64,000 nt of DNA from an uncultured Chloroflexia bacterium. Its GTDB lineage: Bacteria; Chloroflexota; Limnocylindria; Limnocylindrales; CSP1-4. The DNA is taken from the NCBI GenBank assembly GCA_963749705.1, contig CAVVNQ010000003.1, positions 352,001 to 416,000 of the forward strand, written 5' to 3'. Shown here piece by piece: positions 59,342-64,000 of the stretch; position 1 is the stretch's first letter, and each line of letters starts with the position of its first letter. The translations under genes were made by a program, and so were the position numbers. The notes beneath the pieces were generated by a model. It searched no databases. It was not told the DNA's origin and worked only from the letters and a program-made list of their open reading frames with translations.

Positions 59342-61057
59342 ATGACGTTCCGCGCTCGTCCGGGCCCGACCCGGCCGCGCTCCTGGGATGACCGGGACCG
59401 TCGCAACCTCTACTACAACCTGGGCTTCGGCATCATCGTCATCATCGCCCTGCTGCTCCTGGCCCTGGCCGTCGGCAGCTCGTGGTACGGCGACCATCTC
59501 GCCGCCGCCGCCACGGTCAACGGCCAGACGATCACCAAGGACGACTACCAGAAGCAGCTCGCGATCAATGCGTTCCGGGTCGATTACCAGGGGCGCCGCA
59601 TCCGGACGCTGCTCACCGCGGGCCGCATCCGCACGGCCGACGCGCAGACGCGCCAGTCGATCCTCGACCAGCGGACGCAGCAGGCCAGCGCGATCGCGCT
59701 CGAGCAGCTGATCGACGGCAGGGTGATGGACAAGCTCGCGGCCGACAAGGGCGTCACCGTCACGGACGCCGATGTGGACGCGAAGCTGACCGAGGAAGCC
59801 ACGACCCCCGAGCTCCGGCACGCCTGGATGATCGCGGTCCAACCGACGCTTGCCGAGGGCGAGACCGAGCCCACCGATGCCGAGAAGGCCGCGGCCAGGG
59901 CAACCGCTGACGAGGCCCTGGCGAACCTCAAGGCCGGCGGCTCGTGGGACGACATCGCAAAGTCGGTGTCCACCGACGCGACCAAGGACCAGGCCGGCGA
60001 CATCGGCTTCATCGACAAGAACGCGAACCTCGACCGGTCCTTCGTCGATGCGCTCGAAGCCGTGGCCAAGGACACCCCGACCGACGTGATCGAAGGGTCC
60101 GACGGCATCTTCCGCATCGGGCAGGTCACCGAGATCGTGGCCCCTGTCGTGGACGCCACGCTCCAGGAGCAGGTCCAGAACGCGGGCATCAGCATCGCCG
60201 ACTTCCGCGCCGCGCTGCGTCGCGAGGTCGTGCGCCAGAAGCTGAGCGACGCCGTCCTCGCCCAGTATCTCGCCCCCGGACCCCAGCGCCAGGTCCAGGA
60301 GATCTACATGCAGGAGGGCCAGAGCGAGACCGGTCCGTCCGCGATCCGGGTCCGCCACATCCTGTACTCGCCCAACGGGGATCCGAACGCCGCCCAGACG
60401 CTGGCCGCGACCGACCCTGCCTGGGTCGATGCCCAGGCCAAGGCGGACGCGACCTACGAGAAGCTGAAGGCCAATCCGGACCTGTTCGACTCGATCGCGC
60501 GCGCGGAGAGCGACGAGGGCGCGGCGGCGACCACGGGCGGCAAGCTGCCCTACTTCTCGACCGACGACTCGATCAATTCCGCGTTCGCCGCCGCAATCTT
60601 TGCCCCCAACCTGCAGCCCGGGCAGCTGCTGCCGCCCGTTCGATCCGTGTTCGGCTGGCACGTCATCCAGGTGATGCACGGACCCACCGACATGGAGTGG
60701 GCAACCAAGCTCAAGGCGGAGGCCGAGGCCGGTGCCGACTTCGGGGTGCTGGCCCGGGACAACTCGGACAGGGCCGAGGCGGCGAAGGGTGGCGACATCG
60801 GCTGGGTCGGCAAGGGCCAGCTCCAGCAGGAGCTCGAGGACGCGATCTTCGCGACCAAGGTGGGCGGGATCAGCGACCCGGTCCAGATCGCGGGCGACGG
60901 GACCTACCTGTTCAAGGTCAACAAGGAGGAGACCCGCGCGCCGGACGCCGACCAGAAGGCGAACCTCGAGTCCTCGGCGTTCTCGATGTGGTACTCGAAG
61001 CAGAAGGCGGAGTTCGACATCACGCGCGATCCGTCCATCACCGCCGCCACGAACTGA
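59342..61057 (+). CDS. membrane-anchored SurA/PrsA-like foldase with three parvulin-type domains
   Basis: TM helix, ATVNGQTIT, VRHIL, FGWHVIQV and GGDIGW. Confidence 0.88.
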   Translation: MTFRARPGPTRPRSWDDRDRRNLYYNLGFGIIVIIALLLLALAVGSSWYGDHLAAAATVNGQTITKDDYQKQLAINAFRVDYQGRRIRTLLTAGRIRTADAQTRQSILDQRTQQASAIALEQLIDGRVMDKLAADKGVTVTDADVDAKLTEEATTPELRHAWMIAVQPTLAEGETEPTDAEKAAARATADEALANLKAGGSWDDIAKSVSTDATKDQAGDIGFIDKNANLDRSFVDALEAVAKDTPTDVIEGSDGIFRIGQVTEIVAPVVDATLQEQVQNAGISIADFRAALRREVVRQKLSDAVLAQYLAPGPQRQVQEIYMQEGQSETGPSAIRVRHILYSPNGDPNAAQTLAATDPAWVDAQAKADATYEKLKANPDLFDSIARAESDEGAAATTGGKLPYFSTDDSINSAFAAAIFAPNLQPGQLLPPVRSVFGWHVIQVMHGPTDMEWATKLKAEAEAGADFGVLARDNSDRAEAAKGGDIGWVGKGQLQQELEDAIFATKVGGISDPVQIAGDGTYLFKVNKEETRAPDADQKANLESSAFSMWYSKQKAEFDITRDPSITAATN

Positions 61058-61078
61058 CGCATCGCGGGCGGCCGGACG

Positions 61079-62236
61079 ATGCTCGATGCGCTGCTCGCCG
61101 AGGCCCGGCTCCGATGGCGGCTCGACCCGGCCGACGGGCTGTCCGTGGTCGTCGCCGAGCGCCTGATCGCGACGCCCATCGAGCCTGCGAGGCCGGTGCT
61201 CATCGTCCCCGCGGCGCGGCTCCGGGCGGCAACCGAATCCTCGGAGGTGTCGCCGCTGCCGGGGCGGCATGGACCGAGAGGCCGCAACCCGCTCGAGGTG
61301 CTCCGGCGGCTGTATCCGCCCGATCACGCCGTCGGCCGGTTCGGCCTCGCCGGGGCGACGACGATCGGCGACCTGACGACGGCTGACCTGGACGAGCCGC
61401 TGTACCTCGCTCCGGTCGCGCCGGCCGCCGCCGTCGCGTCGCCGTGGGGGATGCCGTGGCTCTCGAACCGGCTCCGAGCGCCGGACGGCTGCCCGTGGGA
61501 CCGCGAGCAGACCCACCAATCGCTGCGCAACCACCTGCTCGAGGAGGCGTACGAGGTCTACGACGCCCTCGACGAGGGGGCCTCGCCGGAGCTCGCGTCG
61601 GAGCTCGGCGACCTGCTGCTCCAGGTCGTGCTCCACGCGCAGCTCGCCGCCGAGGCCGGGGTGTTCGACATGACCGACGTCTGGGCGGCCATCGCCGCCA
61701 AGATCGTCCACCGCCATCCGCACGTGTTCGGCGAGGCCGAGGTCCGGACCGCCGCTGACGTCAATCGCCAGTGGGAGCGGATCAAGGCCGCGGAACGCGC
61801 GGCGGCGGCCGGCGAGGCGGGCGCCGATGCCCCCAAAGGCGCGCTCGACGGCATCAGCCGGTCGCTGCCCGCGCTCGCGGCCAGCCAGGAGATGCAGGAA
61901 CGGGCCGCCAACCTCGGCTACGACTGGCCGTCGATCGACGGCGTGCTGGACAAGGTCCGCGAGGAGGTCGGCGAGCTGGTCGAGGCACCCGATGCCGCCG
62001 CCCGGGCCGAGGAGCTGGGCGACCTGCTGTTCGTGCTGGTCAACGTCGGACGCAAGACCGGGATCGAGGTCGAGGCGGCGCTGCGCTCGGCCAACGACAA
62101 GTTCCGCCGGCGGTTCCGGCACGTCGAGCGGTCCGCCGCGGCGCAGGGGGTCGCGCTCCGCGACCTCTCGTTCGACGAGCTGGACGCGCTCTGGGACGCC
62201 GCCAAGGCACACGAGCGCAGGGAGGCAACGACATGA
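61079..62236 (+). CDS. mazG: nucleoside triphosphate pyrophosphohydrolase MazG
   Basis: [36 protein letters not shown] and KVREE. Confidence 0.94.
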   Translation: MLDALLAEARLRWRLDPADGLSVVVAERLIATPIEPARPVLIVPAARLRAATESSEVSPLPGRHGPRGRNPLEVLRRLYPPDHAVGRFGLAGATTIGDLTTADLDEPLYLAPVAPAAAVASPWGMPWLSNRLRAPDGCPWDREQTHQSLRNHLLEEAYEVYDALDEGASPELASELGDLLLQVVLHAQLAAEAGVFDMTDVWAAIAAKIVHRHPHVFGEAEVRTAADVNRQWERIKAAERAAAAGEAGADAPKGALDGISRSLPALAASQEMQERAANLGYDWPSIDGVLDKVREEVGELVEAPDAAARAEELGDLLFVLVNVGRKTGIEVEAALRSANDKFRRRFRHVERSAAAQGVALRDLSFDELDALWDAAKAHERREATT

Positions 62237-62970
62237 GCATCGGGAATCGGCCCCAGGGCGTGCGAGCGGACGGTCGCGCACCCGGCGACCTGCGCAAGGT
62301 CGAGATCCAGCTGGGTGTCCAGAAGTGGGCCGAGGGCTCGTGCCTGATCCGCTTCGGGGACACGCAGGTGCTGTGCGCAGCCACGATCGAGGATCGCGTC
62401 CCGCCCCACCTGCGGGGCAAGGGCAGCGGCTGGGTGACCGGGACATACGAGATGCTGCCGCGGGCGACGGCCGAGCGATCCGAGCGCGAGTCGGCGCGCG
62501 GGCGCGTCGGCGGACGCACCCACGAGATCCAGCGGCTCGTCGGCCGGTCGCTCCGGGGCGTGGTCGACCTGGCTCACCTCGGCGAGCGGACGGTGACCGT
62601 GGACTGCGACGTGATCGTGGCCGATGGCGGCACCCGGACCGCGTCGATCACCGGCGGGTACGTCGCGCTTGCCGCGGCGCTGATCACCTACGGGATGGGT
62701 CGCCACCTGGTGGGTCACGTGGCGGCCGTCAGCGTCGGGATCATCGAAGGCGTCAAGTACCTGGACCTCGACTATTCCGAGGACTCCCGCGCCGAGGTCG
62801 ACTTCAACGTCGTGGGCACCGACGCGGGCGCCTACGTCGAGCTCCAGGGCACGGCCGAGGGCAAGCCGTTCGACCGCGCGTCGCTGGACGAGCTGCTGGA
62901 CCTCGCGAACGTCGGCCTCGGCCGCCTGTTCGAGGCGCAGACCGCGGCCCTGGCCACGGTCCGCCGCTAG
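62233..62970 (+). CDS. rph: ribonuclease PH
   Basis: [40 protein letters not shown] and QGTAE. Confidence 0.96.
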   Translation: MSIGNRPQGVRADGRAPGDLRKVEIQLGVQKWAEGSCLIRFGDTQVLCAATIEDRVPPHLRGKGSGWVTGTYEMLPRATAERSERESARGRVGGRTHEIQRLVGRSLRGVVDLAHLGERTVTVDCDVIVADGGTRTASITGGYVALAAALITYGMGRHLVGHVAAVSVGIIEGVKYLDLDYSEDSRAEVDFNVVGTDAGAYVELQGTAEGKPFDRASLDELLDLANVGLGRLFEAQTAALATVRR

Positions 62971-62979
62971 GTCTCGGCC

Positions 62980-63621
62980 GTGGCGTCCCACCCGCGCCGC
63001 CTGCTGATCGCGACCCGCTCGCGGCACAAGCTGCGCGAGCTGCGGGAGCTGCTCGAGGTGCCCACGGGCGTGGAGCTCGTCTCGCCCGATGACGTCGGCA
63101 TCCCGGACGAGCCGGAGGAGACCGGCGAGACGTTCGAGACCAACGCCCGGCTCAAGGCCCGGTTCTATGCGCGCCGCTCCGGCCTGCCGACCCTCGCCGA
63201 CGACTCCGGGCTGGAGGTCGACGCGCTGGGTGGCGGGCCGGGCGTCCGGACCCGGCGATACTCCGGACCCGACGCCACTGACGAGACCAACAACGCCAAG
63301 CTGCTCCAGGAGCTGGCGGGGCGGCCGCCGGTGGAGCGTGGCGCCCGGTACGTGTGTGTCCTCGCCCTTGCCCTGCCCGACGAGACCGGGCCGCGCGGCG
63401 GGCTGGGCACCGTGACCAGGCGCGGCACCTGCCGCGGCCGGATCGCACTGGCGCCGCAGGGGACCGGCGGCTTCGGCTACGACCCGATCTTCGAGCCGTG
63501 GTCCGAGCCGCCGGGCGGGCAGACGCTCGGCCAGTGGTCCGCGGCGGCGAAGAACGCGATCTCGCACCGCTCGCGCGCCGCGGCCCGGATGGCGCCGGTG
63601 CTCCGCGAGCTGGGGCTGTAG
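62980..63621 (+). CDS. rdgB: non-canonical purine NTP pyrophosphatase (RdgB/HAM1)
   Basis: ETGETFETNARLKA, ADDSGL, GFGYDPIF and KNAISHR. Confidence 0.95.
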   Translation: MASHPRRLLIATRSRHKLRELRELLEVPTGVELVSPDDVGIPDEPEETGETFETNARLKARFYARRSGLPTLADDSGLEVDALGGGPGVRTRRYSGPDATDETNNAKLLQELAGRPPVERGARYVCVLALALPDETGPRGGLGTVTRRGTCRGRIALAPQGTGGFGYDPIFEPWSEPPGGQTLGQWSAAAKNAISHRSRAAARMAPVLRELGL

Positions 63622-63654
63622 GCGGTTTCCGGCAGCCGGCTGCGGGCGGCGGTC

Positions 63655-64000
63655 CTAGGAGCCCGATGGGGCGGCGGTCGACGCGCCCGGGGACGGGCTG
63701 GGACTCGATGGCGATGGCGATGGCGACGCAGCGGCGGTTGCGGTCGGGGACGGCGATGGTGACGGCGATGGGGGACCGCTCGCGACAGGGCTCCCGGACG
63801 GCGAGGCCGATGGCGCGGATGAGCCGGACGGCGACGGTCCGGACGACGACGAAGGTTCGACGGTCGGCGATGGCTCCGCCGACGCTGACGGCGACGGTGA
63901 TGGCGGCGGCACCGTCCCGAGCAGTGCCGCGATGTCGGCGTGGATCTTCGTGACCTCGGCCGGGGTGAGCCAGGCCGGGTAGCGCGACGGGACGATCCGC
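63655..64000 (-). CDS. 3' end of a gene with a Pro/Ser-rich tail (partial)
   Basis: Open frame RIVPSRYPAWLTPAEVTKIHADIAALL followed by PSPS repeats up to the TAG at 63655. Confidence 0.7.
   Translation of the reverse strand, partial: RIVPSRYPAWLTPAEVTKIHADIAALLGTVPPPSPSPSASAEPSPTVEPSSSSGPSPSGSSAPSASPSGSPVASGPPSPSPSPSPTATAAASPSPSPSSPSPSPGASTAAPSGS

Noticed and set aside
63690-63910. GATGGC/GACGGC microsatellite-like run
   Set aside because: Coding Pro/Ser linker; the same explanation covers 20110-20180 and 40970-41100

Overview
Very GC-rich bacterial chromosomal segment. Gene content and style (UPF0182, GuaB3-type IMPDH, DarA, CWB2 surface proteins, frequent leaderless starts) suggest Chloroflexota, possibly Limnocylindria; this is an inference. 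Bases 1-28.5 kb are mostly housekeeping: a frameshifted SARP/STAND regulator, tldD/tldE, tmk, a GGDEF protein, darA, proline dehydrogenase, ppk2, guaB3/guaA, UPF0182, radC, a flavin oxidoreductase and mreBC. Bases 28.6-59.2 kb form a cell-surface glycan locus: rmlA/B/D, two secreted proteins that each end in three cell-wall-binding-2 (CWB2) repeats, an apparently complete WbpA/B/E/D/I-type diacetamido-uronic-acid pathway, one GT2, six GT4s, and an inverted wzm-wzt-deacetylase-GNAT cassette. The window ends with a PrsA/SurA-like foldase, mazG, rph and rdgB. The best candidate for an undescribed system is a CWB2-anchored surface-protein/secondary wall polymer system resembling the Clostridioides difficile Cwp/PSII arrangement. 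It includes a probable clan-CD cysteine protease, a GH18 hydrolase behind a structured leader RNA, and six near-identical 303-bp anchor repeats. I recognised no tRNA, rRNA, CRISPR array or transposase. All calls come from reading motifs by eye, with no database searches.
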